Position numbers and translations under genes: made by a program | The notes under the pieces: model-generated | Told to the model about the DNA's origin: nothing | The model's database searches: none | The model's input: the letters and a program-made list of their open reading frames with translations, nothing else | Part shown: positions 7,751 through 18,552 of the stretch, one piece after another | How positions within the stretch are numbered: position 1 is the stretch's first letter | Layout: each line of letters begins with the position of its first letter | DNA from: an uncultured Actinomycetes bacterium | GTDB taxonomy: Bacteria > Actinomycetota > Thermoleophilia > Gaiellales > JAICJC01 | Assembly (NCBI GenBank): GCA_963809325.1 | Contig: CAWEIZ010000001.1 | Coordinates: forward strand, 145,961-209,960 | Length of the DNA: 64,000 nt | Reading direction: 5' to 3'

Positions 7751-9190
7751 TCACCGGCTCGGAATCCCATATTCGGCCCAGCGGCGGTCGACCAGCGCCC
7801 GCACCTCGTCGCTCATCCGGATGACCTCCGGCCACTCACGCACATAGCCCTCCGCCTCGAGCTTCGCCGTGGCATCGATGCCGATCTTCCCTCCCATGAA
7901 CTGGCGGGTCGGCGCGTGGTCGAGGTGGTCGAGCGGGCCCTCGGACATGAGGACGTCCCGCGCCGGGTCGACGTTGGCCCCGACCTGCCACATCACCTGG
8001 CCGTAGTCGTGGACGTCGACCCAGTCGTCGACGACCACAACGCCCTTGGTCAGCGACAGGAGGCCCGTGCCCCAGACCGCGTGCATGACCTTGCGCGCGT
8101 GCCCGGGAAACGCCTTCTTGATCGAGACGATCGCGAGGTTGTGGAAGGCGCCCATGAACGGGAGGTCGTAGTCGATCACCTCGGGCAGCGTCATCCGCAC
8201 CGCCGGCAGGAACAGGCGCTCGGTTGCCTTCCCCAGCCACACGTCCTCCTGCGGCGGCACGCCGACGATGATCGACGGGTAGATCGGGTCGCGCCTGTGC
8301 GTCACGCAGGTGACGTGGACGACCGGGAACGGCTCGGCCGGCGTGTAGTAGCCGGTGTGGTCGCCGAACGGGCCCTCGTCGCGCAGCTCGCCCCTCTCGA
8401 TGTAGCCCTCGATCACGATCTCGGAGCGGGCCGGCACCTCGAGGTCGACCGTCTTGCAGCGCACCAGCTCGACCGGCTCGCCCCGCAGGAAGCCGGCGAG
8501 CATGAGCTCGTCGATGTGCTTCGGGAGCGGCGCCGACGCCGTGTAGCAGGTCGCCGGGTCGGTCCCGAGCGCGATCGCGACGTCCATCCGCTCGCCCATC
8601 CCGCGCCAGTCGGCGGCGGCGTCCTTGTGGATCTGCCAGTGCATCGCGGTCGTCGTCGAGTCGAACTTCTGCACCCGGTACATGCCGACGTTCCGCGTCC
8701 CGGTGCGGGGATCGTTCGTGATCACCGCGGGGAGCGTGATGTAGGGGCCGCCGTCGCCGGGCCAGCAGGTCATGATCGGGAGCGAGTCGAGCGAGGGCGG
8801 GTCGAGCACCACCTCCTGGCACGGCCCCGACCCGACCACCTTGGGCCGCGAGTCGGCGATCGACTTCAGCTTCCCGAGCGCGCGGATCTTGCCGACGAAG
8901 CCCTCGGGCGGGGTCATCTCGAGCACGTCCGAGACCCGCGCCCCGAGGTCGTCGAGCCGCTCGACGCCGAGTGCCATGCACATCCGCCGCTCGGTCCCGA
9001 ACTGGTTGATGAGGAGCGGCATCGCCGAGCCGCGGACGTTCCGGAAGAGGAGCGCCGGGCCGCCGGACTTGGTGACGCGGTCGGTGATCTCGGCGATCTC
9101 GAGGTCCGGGTCGACCTCGGCCGTCACCTCGACCAGCTCGCCGTGGCGGCGCAGGTGGTCGAGCCAGTCACGCAGGTCCGAGAAGGCCAT
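7751..9190 (-). CDS. ubiD: UbiD-family (prenylated-FMN dependent) decarboxylase, menaquinone biosynthesis type
   Basis: 479 aa. N-terminal LRDWLDHLRRHGELVEVTAEVDPDLEIAEI and UbiD-like length and pattern. Genomic context includes ubiX, ubiE and mqn genes. Confidence 0.85.
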   Translation of the reverse strand: MAFSDLRDWLDHLRRHGELVEVTAEVDPDLEIAEITDRVTKSGGPALLFRNVRGSAMPLLINQFGTERRMCMALGVERLDDLGARVSDVLEMTPPEGFVGKIRALGKLKSIADSRPKVVGSGPCQEVVLDPPSLDSLPIMTCWPGDGGPYITLPAVITNDPRTGTRNVGMYRVQKFDSTTTAMHWQIHKDAAADWRGMGERMDVAIALGTDPATCYTASAPLPKHIDELMLAGFLRGEPVELVRCKTVDLEVPARSEIVIEGYIERGELRDEGPFGDHTGYYTPAEPFPVVHVTCVTHRRDPIYPSIIVGVPPQEDVWLGKATERLFLPAVRMTLPEVIDYDLPFMGAFHNLAIVSIKKAFPGHARKVMHAVWGTGLLSLTKGVVVVDDWVDVHDYGQVMWQVGANVDPARDVLMSEGPLDHLDHAPTRQFMGGKIGIDATAKLEAEGYVREWPEVIRMSDEVRALVDRRWAEYGIPSR

Positions 9191-9237
9191 GGGGGTCGCC
9201 GAGTCTAACCGTGGCGCCGCGGTACCGTCACACCGCG

Positions 9238-9500
9238 TAGATGGGTGATTCCCAATTCACGGGATGTCCCAGCCGCAAGCCTTGGCTTGCGGCGATCGCG
9301 AGCGACCTGCTACCTAAGCAGGTCGCGAACGGGCGAGAACCGAGCAGCGCAAGGACGCAGGGAGGGTCAATATTGGTACGAGATATTGACCCGACCGAGG
9401 ACACAGCGATGCGAAGGTTCGCAGCCGCAGCCCCACCGCAACACGCCCCCAGTCCACAGCCGGACGTCCAGGCGCACGTGAGTTGGGAATCACCCATCTA
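9238..9500 (+). repeat. Family-1 structured repeat, copy 1 (longest; carries a ~48-nt insertion with two extra hairpins)
   Basis: Terminal arms are TAGATGGGTGATTCCCAATTCAC and GTGAGTTGGGAATCACCCATCTA. Conserved core is GCGAGAACCGAGCAGCGCAAGGACGCAGGGA-[hairpin]-CGACCGAGGACACAGCGATGCGAAGGTTCGCAGCCGCAGCCCC. Confidence 0.85.
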
Positions 9501-9501
9501 A

Positions 9502-10431
9502 GTGAGCACTCCGCCAGACCAGCCGCCGCCTGGACCGCTCTCGGCCGCCCGCACGGCTGCGCTCGCGGCGAGTATCGTCGTCCTCCTCGCCGTCGTCTCG
9601 CTGGCAGCCAGGTCGGGTGACCACGATCGAGCGGTACCCGGCGGCACCGCCGCCGGGACGGCCGGCCACCACGCACTCACCTGGGTGCTGCTCGTGCTCG
9701 GCCCGATCGTCGCGGTGGTCGGACTCGGCGTCTTTCTCTACGCACAGGTGATGCGACGGCGAGACGACCCGCAAATGGCCGAGATCCGCCGACGGTCACG
9801 CCTTCGCCGAAGAATCGCCCTGCTCGCCCTCGCCGCGTTCATCGGCTACTGCTGGCTGACGGGCCAGAACCCCCTGGATGTCCTGACCGGCTTCCTTCGC
9901 GGCATCTTCGGCAACGTCAATGTGGGCGGCCTGCTCCCCTTCGCCCACCAACCGCCCGGCCAGCGCCACCACGCTCAGGGCCACAGCGGAGGTGTGAGTG
10001 GCATCGATTGGGGCATCGCCGCGGTGACCTGGCTCCTGCTGATCGTCGCGCTTGCAATCACCGTCCCGCGCCTGCGCCGGCGGATGCGGGCGAACGCCGC
10101 GAGCGCCGCGGCCCCCGATGTCGAGGAAGGGCTCGAGGACCTCGGCCTCGAACGCCTGCGCGCCGAGCCGGATCCGCGGCGGGCGGTGATCGGCGCCTAT
10201 GCCCTCATGGATCGCGTGATGGCCGACCGGGCGCTTGGGCGACGGCGCTCGGAGGCACCGCTGGAGTACCTTGGGCGCATGACGGCCGCCGGGTACGCGC
10301 GCATCACCGCCCTGGGCAGGCTCACACGCCTCTACGCGCGGGCCCGCTTCAGCACCCATCCGATCGACCGGACGATGCAGGCCGAGGCGGTCGACGCCGT
10401 CGAGACCATCGCCGCCGAGGACGCCGGATGA
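9502..10431 (+). CDS. DUF4129-like membrane protein (first gene of the MoxR/DUF58 operon)
   Basis: 309 aa. Several TM segments. The C-terminal pattern EAPLEYLGR...LTRLYARARFS is typical of DUF4129. GTG start lies 1 nt after the repeat end. Confidence 0.6.
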   Translation: MSTPPDQPPPGPLSAARTAALAASIVVLLAVVSLAARSGDHDRAVPGGTAAGTAGHHALTWVLLVLGPIVAVVGLGVFLYAQVMRRRDDPQMAEIRRRSRLRRRIALLALAAFIGYCWLTGQNPLDVLTGFLRGIFGNVNVGGLLPFAHQPPGQRHHAQGHSGGVSGIDWGIAAVTWLLLIVALAITVPRLRRRMRANAASAAAPDVEEGLEDLGLERLRAEPDPRRAVIGAYALMDRVMADRALGRRRSEAPLEYLGRMTAAGYARITALGRLTRLYARARFSTHPIDRTMQAEAVDAVETIAAEDAG

Positions 10432-10834
10432 CGGCCACGAGCGCCGTCCTGCTTGCGGTCGGAGCGGTCGTCGCCGTCGCGCTCCTGCCGCCCGTCCCGC
10501 GGGTCGAGCGGCGCCGGAGGCGCAGGCCCGAGGAGCCGGCTCGCCCGCAGGGCCTGCGGGCGATGGAGCGCCAGGTCGGCATGGCCGGTGGGAGCGCGGG
10601 CGACCTGCACGAGCGCCTGTGCCCGCTGCTGCGCGACATCGCACGCGACCGGCTCGCGACGGCCGGGATCGACCTCGACCGCGATCCGGAGGCCGCGGCA
10701 CAGGCAGTGGGCCCGGAGACATGGGAGCTCGTGCGCGGCGACCGGCCGCCGCCCGATGACCGCCATGGCGCCGGGGTCCCCCTGGCCGACGTCCGCGGCG
10801 CGGTCGATCGCCTCGAGCGGATCGGTGCACCGCG

Positions 10835-10838
<4 letters not shown>
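10428..10838 (+). CDS. Hypothetical membrane-anchored protein
   Basis: ATGA overlap with the upstream stop and GTGA overlap with the moxR start. N-terminal TM helix (MTATSAVLLAVGAVVAVALL). Tail of ORF-track frame 10008..10838. Confidence 0.55.
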
Positions 10839-11814
<976 letters not shown>

Positions 11815-11818
<4 letters not shown>

Positions 11819-13071
11819 GGCCCTCCGCCACCATCCGGCTCCGGGCGTATCCGGCCCTGTGCGCCGCCATGCTGCTCGCAGCGGTCGGGCTGCGCCGGCC
11901 CGAGCTGGTCGCGGTGGCAGCCCCGTTCGGGCTGATCGCCGCCGTCGGCCTGGCCCGCTCGTCGCCGCCCGGCGTGACGGCGCGGATGACACCAGGCGAG
12001 CTGCGCGCGATCGAGGGCGACCACGTGTCGGCCGCGGTCGAGCTCTTCTCGCCGCGGCCGCAGTGGCAGGTCGAGGTGGGCCTGGGCGTTCCGGGCGGCC
12101 TGACTCCGGTCGGAGGACCGCCGCGCCGCGCGCTGCCCCTCGGCAGCGGCGCCGCGACCGTGCCGTTCGAGCTCTCGTGCGACCGGTGGGGCGGGTTCGT
12201 CGTCCCGGCCCGGATCCGGGTGCGGGAGCCGCTCGGCCTTCGCGTGTGGGACGGTGAGGTCGCCGCACCGCTCCAGGTCAGGGTGCACCCCCAGATCGAG
12301 CCGCTGAGGCAGGCGCCGCGGCCCGTCCGCACCCAGGCGTCGGTCGGGTCGGACACGAGCCGGACGGCGGGCGAGGGGCTCGAGTTCGCCGACCTGCGCC
12401 CGTATCAGCACGGCGATCGGCTGCGGCGCGTGAACTGGCGGGTGAGCGCGCGCCGGGGCACGCTCCACACGAACGTCCACCACCCCGAGCGCAACGCCGA
12501 CGTCGTCCTCTTCCTCGACTCGTTCGCCGAGTCGCCTGTTTCGCTCGATCTCGCCGTCAGGGCGGCGTCCGCGCTTGCGACCATGTACCTGCGCGGCCGC
12601 GACCGGGTCGGAGTCGTCGGCTTCGGCGGCGTCCTGCGCTGGGTGCTGCCGTCGACCGGCCGGGCGCAGACCTACCGCGTGCTGGACTCGCTCATCGACA
12701 CCGAGGTCGTCACGAGCTACGCGTGGCGCGACGTCGACGTCATCCCCTCGCGGACGCTGCCGCCCGGCGCGCTCGTCCTCGCGCTGACGCCCCTCGCGGA
12801 CGACCGTGCGCTGGCCGCCCTCGCGGCGCTCAGGGCACGCGGGTTCGATCTGGCGGTGGTCGACGTCTCGGCGACCGGCCGGACGCCCGCGAGCGCCGGG
12901 GCGGTCGGGGACCTGGCACACCGCCTCTGGGTGCTCCGCCACGACGGCCTGCGCGCCCGGTACCGGCGGCTGGGCGTGCCGGTGGTGGAGTGGGACGGGA
13001 GCGAGCCGCTCGCGGGCGCGCTGGCGCAACTTCGGGAGGCGCGGCGATACGCCCGAACCGTGCGCAGCTGA
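11815..13071 (+). CDS. DUF58 (vWA-like) protein
   Basis: Tail of ORF 10453..13071 from GTG at 11815 (GTGA overlap with moxR). Signature GEGLEFADLRPYQHGDRLRRVNWRVSARR. Confidence 0.85.
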
Positions 13072-13073
13072 TC

Positions 13074-13586
13074 GTGCTCGCAGGCGCGCTGGCGGCGGGC
13101 GCAGCGGTCGCCGTTCGCGCCGCGCTCCTGGCGGGCGCCCAGTCCGAGGCGGGCGCCCAGTCCGAGGCGGTCGCAGCGGCCGGGGCGGCGGGGTGCGCCG
13201 TCCTGCTCCTGGGCGGGATCACCGGCTGGGCCGGCGGAGCCCCGTGGGGTGTGGCCGCGCTCGCGGCAGCCTACGGCGGCGCCCTCGCCGCGGGCCCGTC
13301 CGCGCTCGACGCGTGGGCGCCGGCGGTGGCCGCCGGGATCGTGGTCGCCGGCGAGGCGGGAGCGTGGGCGGCCGAGCTTCGGACGCCGCTTCGCCTCGAC
13401 CGTGGCGTCGTGCTCCGGCGAGCGACCCTGGTGCTCGGGGCGGGGATCGCCGCGGCCGGCGCCGGCCTGGCCCTGATCGCCCCGGGCGCAGGGCCGGCGC
13501 TGGCGGGCCCGCTCATCACGGCCGCGGGTGTGGCGTCGGTCGTCGCCGCGGTGGCCGTGATCCGCACGCTGGCCCGGCGCGCGTAG
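13074..13586 (+). CDS. Ala/Gly-rich multi-pass membrane protein, function unknown
   Basis: Tail of ORF 12723..13586. Candidate GTG start right after the DUF58 stop. Contains a perfect 18-bp tandem duplication (13133-13168, giving AQSEAG AQSEAV). Confidence 0.5.
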   Translation: MLAGALAAGAAVAVRAALLAGAQSEAGAQSEAVAAAGAAGCAVLLLGGITGWAGGAPWGVAALAAAYGGALAAGPSALDAWAPAVAAGIVVAGEAGAWAAELRTPLRLDRGVVLRRATLVLGAGIAAAGAGLALIAPGAGPALAGPLITAAGVASVVAAVAVIRTLARRA

Positions 13587-13606
13587 ATGGTTGATCCGAC
13601 CATCTA
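13584..13606. repeat. Mini-palindrome TAGATGGTtgatccgACCATCTA resembling abutted family-1 termini
   Basis: 8-bp arms are identical to the outer family-1 arm sequence. Its first TAG is the stop codon of the preceding CDS. Confidence 0.6.
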
Positions 13607-13617
13607 GACTCACGCAC

Positions 13618-14280
13618 ATGCCGCACCTTCTCGTCTTCGGAGCGCGGAACCTGGGGCGCGTGATCGGCGAGCACTTCCTCGCCCAGGGGTGGGATGTGAC
13701 CGGCGTCGCGCGCTCGCAGGAGACCGCGGATGCCTTCCCGGGCACCGGGATCGTCGCGGACGCGACGTCGGCCGACAGCATGCGAGGAGTCGTCGAGCAG
13801 GTGGCCCCGTTCGACCTGGTGGTGAACGCGGTGTCGCCGAAGGGCCGCTTCGGCGGCGGCGACCTCGTCACGACCGACGACGACGCCATGGCGCCCTATC
13901 TCGAGCAGGTGCTGCCGACCGCGTTCGCGTTCTTTCGCATCTGCGGTGGCGCGCTCATCGAGCGCGGCGGCGGGACGATCGTCCAGGTGACCGGTGGCTC
14001 GGCCCGCCGTGCTCTCCCCGGACGGGCGCCGTGGGGCGCCGGTGCCGCCGGCCAGCGGGCGCTCTCACAGGCGGCGGCGAACGAGCTCAAGCCGCACGGC
14101 GTGCACGCCGCGCTCCTCGTGTGCGACGGCACGTTCGGCGGCCCGGGCGACGATGCGGGCGGCGAGCGGATCGACACCCGCGAGCTGGCGAAGGCCATCC
14201 AGTTCCTGCACGAGCAGGGGCGGGGGGCGTGGACGCATGAGCTCGTCGTGACACCCGTCGGCGACCGCTGGACGCCGTAG
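13618..14280 (+). CDS. Short-chain dehydrogenase/reductase-like NAD(P)-binding protein
   Basis: N-terminal Rossmann motif MPHLLVFGARNLGRVIG and SDR-like length. ATG at 13618 was chosen inside ORF 13591..14280. Confidence 0.65.
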   Translation: MPHLLVFGARNLGRVIGEHFLAQGWDVTGVARSQETADAFPGTGIVADATSADSMRGVVEQVAPFDLVVNAVSPKGRFGGGDLVTTDDDAMAPYLEQVLPTAFAFFRICGGALIERGGGTIVQVTGGSARRALPGRAPWGAGAAGQRALSQAAANELKPHGVHAALLVCDGTFGGPGDDAGGERIDTRELAKAIQFLHEQGRGAWTHELVVTPVGDRWTP

Positions 14281-14434
14281 ATCCGGATAAAGATCCGGAG
14301 GCCGAATCAGGTCATGCAGGTGTGGGGAGCACCTCCGTGATCGAGCCAACCGCCGCCAGGGGCGCGACGCCCGGTTGCGGTCGCGAGCGGAGGGGCGCGC
14401 CCTACGTCTTTTCGCGAAGCCGCGACTTCCCGGA

Positions 14435-14824
14435 CTACTGAGGGCCGAGGCCGGCGACCGTGGAGTCCCACAGGCCGTCGTCCGGCTCGGGCTCGCGCTC
14501 GCCGCGGCGCGCCGCGCAGGCGGCGATCAGCTCCGCCAGCGCGCCGACCGCGTGCAGGTCGCCCGTCGCGCAGATCTCGCGCAGGCCGGCGGCGTACAGG
14601 TAGTCGCCGGTGAGCAGGGCCAGGTCGCGGTCGTCCTGGTCGAAGAGCCGGGACGTCCCGTGGTGGAGCAGGTAGCCCTCGTAGATCGTCTCGACGCCGA
14701 GCAGATGGCGCTCCGGGCAGCGGCCCGAGAAGCGCAGGTCGCCCCGCGGCTCGGGGAGGAGCGCCGAGGCCCAGAGCGGGCTCGCGGCGGCGGCGCGCTC
14801 GGCCACCGTCTCGAGCACGCTCAC
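14435..14824 (-). CDS. Hypothetical protein translationally coupled to hemL
   Basis: 129 aa. GTGA overlap with the hemL stop. The segment IYEGYLLHHG...DLALLTGDYLYAAGL faintly recalls polyprenyl-synthase helices but has no DDxxD motif. Confidence 0.55.
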   Translation of the reverse strand: MSVLETVAERAAAASPLWASALLPEPRGDLRFSGRCPERHLLGVETIYEGYLLHHGTSRLFDQDDRDLALLTGDYLYAAGLREICATGDLHAVGALAELIAACAARRGEREPEPDDGLWDSTVAGLGPQ

Positions 14825-16104
14825 CCGCGGAACTCCGCCGCGGCGGCCGCCGTCAGCTCGAGCTGCTCGCCGGTGTGGGCGAGCGACGGCATGGCGGCCT
14901 CGAACTGGGACGGCGCCAGGTAGACGCCGCGGTCGAGCATGTGGGCGTGGAACGCCGCGAACCGCGCGGTGTCGGCCGCGGCGGCGTCGGCGTAGCTCCG
15001 CACGGGCCCGGGGTGGTGGAATGCCGTCAGCATCGCCCCCACCCGATTGACCGTGATGCCCGGCCCCGCCAGGGCCGCCTCGAGCGCGGCGCCGGTACGC
15101 TCGAGCCGCTCGTAGGCGCCGGGCTCGCGCAGGAGCGCCAGCGTGGCCAGGCCCGCGGCCATCGCGAGCGGGTTCCCCGACAGCGTTCCCGCCTGATAGA
15201 CGTCGCCGTCCGGTGCCAGAAGCGCCATGACGTCGGACCGCCCGCCGAACGCGGCGGCGGGGAGGCCGCCGCCCACGATCTTCCCCAGGCAGGTCAGATC
15301 GGGCCGGACGGCGAGCCGCTCCTGGGCGCCGCCGTACGCCACCCGGAAGCCCGTGATGACCTCGTCGGCGATCAGGAGGGCGCCGGTCCCGTTGCAGATG
15401 GTGCGCAGGCCCTCGAGAAACCCCGGGAGCGGCGCGACCACGCCCATGTTGCCCGCCACCGGCTCGACGATGATGGCCGCCAGCTGGTCGGAGTGGCTCT
15501 CGGCCAGCGTTCGCACGGCGTCGAGGTCGTTGTACTCGGCGACGAGCGTGTCGGCCACGACGGCGTCGGGGACGCCGGGGCTGGACGGGATCCCGAGCGT
15601 CGCGAGCCCCGAGCCGGCCCGCGCCAGGAGCGCATCGGCGTGCCCGTGGTAGCCGCCGGCGAACTTCAGGATCCGGTCGCGGCCCGTGAAGGCCCGCGCC
15701 AGCCGGAGCGCGCTCATGGCGGCCTCGGTCCCCGACGAGACGAACCGCACCTGCTCGACCGACGGCACCGCCTCGACGATCGCCCGGGCCAGCTCGACCT
15801 CGATCTCGGTCGGAGCCCCGAACGTCGTCCCCCGGCCTGCCGCGTCACGCACGGCCTCGACGACCGCGGGATGAGCATGGCCGGCGATCAGCGGGCCCCA
15901 CGACATCACCCAGTCGACGTAGCGGTTGCCGTCGGCGTCCCACACCCAGCCGCCCTCGCCGCGGGCGAGGAAGAGCGGATGCTCGCGGCCGACCGACCGC
16001 ATGGCCCGGACGGGGCTCGAGACGCCGCCGGGGATGACATCGCGCGCCTGGGCGAAGAGCTCGGCCGACCGGCGCTCTGTGCGGGCTCCCCCTACGACAG
16101 CCAT
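14821..16104 (-). CDS. hemL: Glutamate-1-semialdehyde 2,1-aminomutase
   Basis: Tail of ORF 14821..17595 from ATG at 16104 ([17 protein letters not shown]...). Motifs VSSPVRA, GGYHGH and PLP-lysine region [11 protein letters not shown]. Confidence 0.9.
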   Translation of the reverse strand: MAVVGGARTERRSAELFAQARDVIPGGVSSPVRAMRSVGREHPLFLARGEGGWVWDADGNRYVDWVMSWGPLIAGHAHPAVVEAVRDAAGRGTTFGAPTEIEVELARAIVEAVPSVEQVRFVSSGTEAAMSALRLARAFTGRDRILKFAGGYHGHADALLARAGSGLATLGIPSSPGVPDAVVADTLVAEYNDLDAVRTLAESHSDQLAAIIVEPVAGNMGVVAPLPGFLEGLRTICNGTGALLIADEVITGFRVAYGGAQERLAVRPDLTCLGKIVGGGLPAAAFGGRSDVMALLAPDGDVYQAGTLSGNPLAMAAGLATLALLREPGAYERLERTGAALEAALAGPGITVNRVGAMLTAFHHPGPVRSYADAAAADTARFAAFHAHMLDRGVYLAPSQFEAAMPSLAHTGEQLELTAAAAAEFRG

Positions 16105-17060
16105 TGCGCCGCGCGGGCCGCGTGGTAGGTGATCACCATGTCGGCACCTGCCCTGCGGATGGCCGTCAGCGCTTCGAGCACCGCGGCGCGCTCGTCGATA
16201 AGGCCCTGCGCAGCCGCCGCGGCGATCATCGCGTACTCCCCGCTCACCTGATAGGCGGCCAGCGGCACCCGGGTCTGGTCGCGCAGGCTGCGCAGGATGT
16301 CGAGATACGGCAACGCCGGCTTCACCATCACCATGTCGGCGCCCTCCTCGATGTCGAGCAGCGCCTCGCGCACGGCCTCCCGGCCGTTTGCGGGATCCAT
16401 CTGATAGCCGCGCCGATCCCCGTGGCTGGGCGTCGAGTGCGCGGCGTCGCGAAACGGCCCGTAGAAGGCCGAGGCGAACTTCGCGCTGTAGGCGAGGATC
16501 GACGCCGTCTCGTACCCCTCGGCGTCGAGGGCCGACCGGATCGCGCCGACCCGGCCGTCCATCATGTCGGACGGCGCGACGATGTCGGCTCCGGCCCGGG
16601 CATGGGACACGGCCGTGTCCGCGAGCACCTCGAGGCTGACGTCGTTTGCCACCTCGCCGTCCTGGATGATGCCGCAGTGGCCGTGCGACGTGTACTGGCA
16701 CAGGCAGACATCGGTCATCACCACCAGATCGGGAACGTTGGCCCGCAGGGCGCGCACGCCCATCTGCACGATCCCCTCGTCGTCGAAGGCCTCGCTGGCG
16801 GCCTCGTCCTTGCGTGCGGGCAGGCCGAACACGATCACGGCCGGGACGCCGGCGGCGTGCGCCTCGGCGGCCCGCTCCACGAGCGAATCGACCGACAGGT
16901 GATACTGGCCGGGCATCGAGGCGATCTCCTCCTGGCCCGTTCCGTGCCGCACGAAGAACGGCTGGATCAGGTCGGCGGGCGACACGCGCGTCTCGCGAAC
17001 GAGGTCCCGCACCCCGGCCGTACGGCGCAAACGGCGCATGCGGGTGACCGGGAACGCCAT
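16092..17060 (-). CDS. hemB: Porphobilinogen synthase (delta-aminolevulinate dehydratase)
   Basis: ORF 16092..17252 trimmed to ATG at 17060 ([13 protein letters not shown]). Zn-type motif [14 protein letters not shown] and active-site MVKPA. Confidence 0.9.
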   Translation of the reverse strand: MAFPVTRMRRLRRTAGVRDLVRETRVSPADLIQPFFVRHGTGQEEIASMPGQYHLSVDSLVERAAEAHAAGVPAVIVFGLPARKDEAASEAFDDEGIVQMGVRALRANVPDLVVMTDVCLCQYTSHGHCGIIQDGEVANDVSLEVLADTAVSHARAGADIVAPSDMMDGRVGAIRSALDAEGYETASILAYSAKFASAFYGPFRDAAHSTPSHGDRRGYQMDPANGREAVREALLDIEEGADMVMVKPALPYLDILRSLRDQTRVPLAAYQVSGEYAMIAAAAAQGLIDERAAVLEALTAIRRAGADMVITYHAARAAQWLS

Positions 17061-17118
17061 GGGCGCAGTGTACCGCCGGCCTTGTTCCGGCCACGGCAAA
17101 GGTGTAGTCTTGCCAAGA

Positions 17119-18534
17119 GTGGACGGGCAATGGAGCGATGTTGACGGACCGGTGGGGGAGCCGACCGTGGAAGAGCACACAGGGCAGGACGACGAGTATT
17201 CGAACGAGGCGCTGCGCAAGCTCGGCGCCCGCGTGCGCCATCTGCGCCGCAAGAACGGGATGACGCAGCGGGAGCTCTCGTTCGACGGGTGCTCCTACAG
17301 CTACCTGGCTCGCATCGAGGCCGGCGACCGCCGCCCCAGCCCGCGCGTGCTCATGGAGATCGCCCGCCGCCTGGGCGTCACCGCCGAGGAGCTCTCCGGC
17401 GAGACGTCGACCGAGCAGCGCTCGCGGTCGCTCGAGCTCCTGGACGCGGCGATGATGATCCGCGCGGGCGACCTCGACGACGCCGAGGAGCTCCTGCGCG
17501 GCGTCCTTCGCGAGGCCGAGGTGAACGGCGACTCCCAGCGGATGAGCGAGGCCTACGAGGGCCTCGGCGCGGTCGCCGCCGAGCGGGGCCAGCACGCCGC
17601 CGCGATCGGCCTCCTCGAGCAGGCTCGCGATGCCGGCGCGCCGCCCGACCCGGCCGAGCGGGTCGAGCTCTTCGGGCGCCTCTTCGAGCTGTACCGCCGC
17701 TCCGGGGACGTCGCCCGGGCGCTGGCGCTCCTCCAGGACTGCCTGCTCCAGCTTCGGCGATCGCCGGTCGTCGACGCGACCAAGGTCGTGCGCTACGCCG
17801 TGTGGCTGTCACGCGCCTACACCGAGGCCGGCGATCCGGCGCGGGCCGCCGACGTGCTCGGCTCGGCGCTCGCCGACGGCGGCGATCAGGTCGACCTCCG
17901 CAGCCGCGCAGCGGCGCAGTACGAGCTGTCACGGCGGCTGGCGGCCGCCGGCGAGGTCGAGCAGGCGCTGCGCTCGGCCGATCGCTCACTCTCGCTCTAC
18001 GAGCTCGACGAGGACAACCGCGCGCTCAGCGAGGCCCACCTCGCGTACGCGCAGAGGCTGCTCGACGTCGGCGACGCCGAGGCCGGGCGCCATCTCACCG
18101 CGGCCCGGAACCTCCTCGGCGCGCATCCGAGCGCGACCGACCACGGACGAATCCTCGTCGAGGACGCACGCCAGGCGTTGCTCATCGGCGATGCTGCCGC
18201 GGCGGCGCAGCGGGCCGCCCAGGCCGTGCGGGCCCTGGCCGACGGCGACGGCGCCCACCTCGGCGATGCGCACCTCGTGCTCGCCCGCGTCCAGGACGAG
18301 CTGGGCGAGGTCGAGCGGGCGGACGCCGCGTACACGGCCGCCATCGAGGCGATCCGCGCGCAGGACGCCTCCGCGCGCGACCTGGCGCGGGCGTACCGCT
18401 GGTACGGCAAGTTCCTGAAGCGGATCGGGCGGGCCGAGGCGGCCCTCGAGGCGTTCGAGCTCGCCGCCGACCTGGCGCCGTCGAACCAGGATGCGCTGGC
18501 GCCGGCCGAGGCGCGCTCCGGCACCACCTCCTGA
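17119..18534 (+). CDS. XRE-type HTH transcription regulator with C-terminal TPR repeats
   Basis: ORF 17038..18534. HTH sequence [28 protein letters not shown]. Long TPR-like helical repeats. Start is ambiguous (GTG at 17119, 17152 or 17167). Confidence 0.75.
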   Translation: MDGQWSDVDGPVGEPTVEEHTGQDDEYSNEALRKLGARVRHLRRKNGMTQRELSFDGCSYSYLARIEAGDRRPSPRVLMEIARRLGVTAEELSGETSTEQRSRSLELLDAAMMIRAGDLDDAEELLRGVLREAEVNGDSQRMSEAYEGLGAVAAERGQHAAAIGLLEQARDAGAPPDPAERVELFGRLFELYRRSGDVARALALLQDCLLQLRRSPVVDATKVVRYAVWLSRAYTEAGDPARAADVLGSALADGGDQVDLRSRAAAQYELSRRLAAAGEVEQALRSADRSLSLYELDEDNRALSEAHLAYAQRLLDVGDAEAGRHLTAARNLLGAHPSATDHGRILVEDARQALLIGDAAAAAQRAAQAVRALADGDGAHLGDAHLVLARVQDELGEVERADAAYTAAIEAIRAQDASARDLARAYRWYGKFLKRIGRAEAALEAFELAADLAPSNQDALAPAEARSGTTS

Positions 18535-18552
18535 CCGTCGCCTGAGAGGGTC

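Noticed and set aside
9405-9500. Possible conserved micropeptide MRRFAAAAP... encoded inside the family-1 repeat (seen in three ORF-track entries).
   Set aside because: Only the first 9 codons are shared. The downstream sequence, length and stop differ in every copy, and copy 4 lacks the ATG. The conservation is at nucleotide/structure level, not peptide level.
14278-14300. TAGATCCGGAtaaAGATCCGGA after the SDR stop, looking like another TAG-anchored element or terminator.
   Set aside because: It is a 9-bp direct repeat with only a 6-bp self-complementary TCCGGA. There is no similarity to the repeat cores, and it is weak as a hairpin.
14821-17595. Giant fused ORFs (14821-17595, 35855-39196, 35439-37535, 27762-29069, 10453-13071) suggesting multi-domain megaproteins.
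   Set aside because: Only the C-terminal portion of each has recognisable protein signatures. The upstream parts are read-through of neighbouring genes in the wrong frame. They were trimmed to internal starts that give 4-nt overlaps or sensible N-termini.
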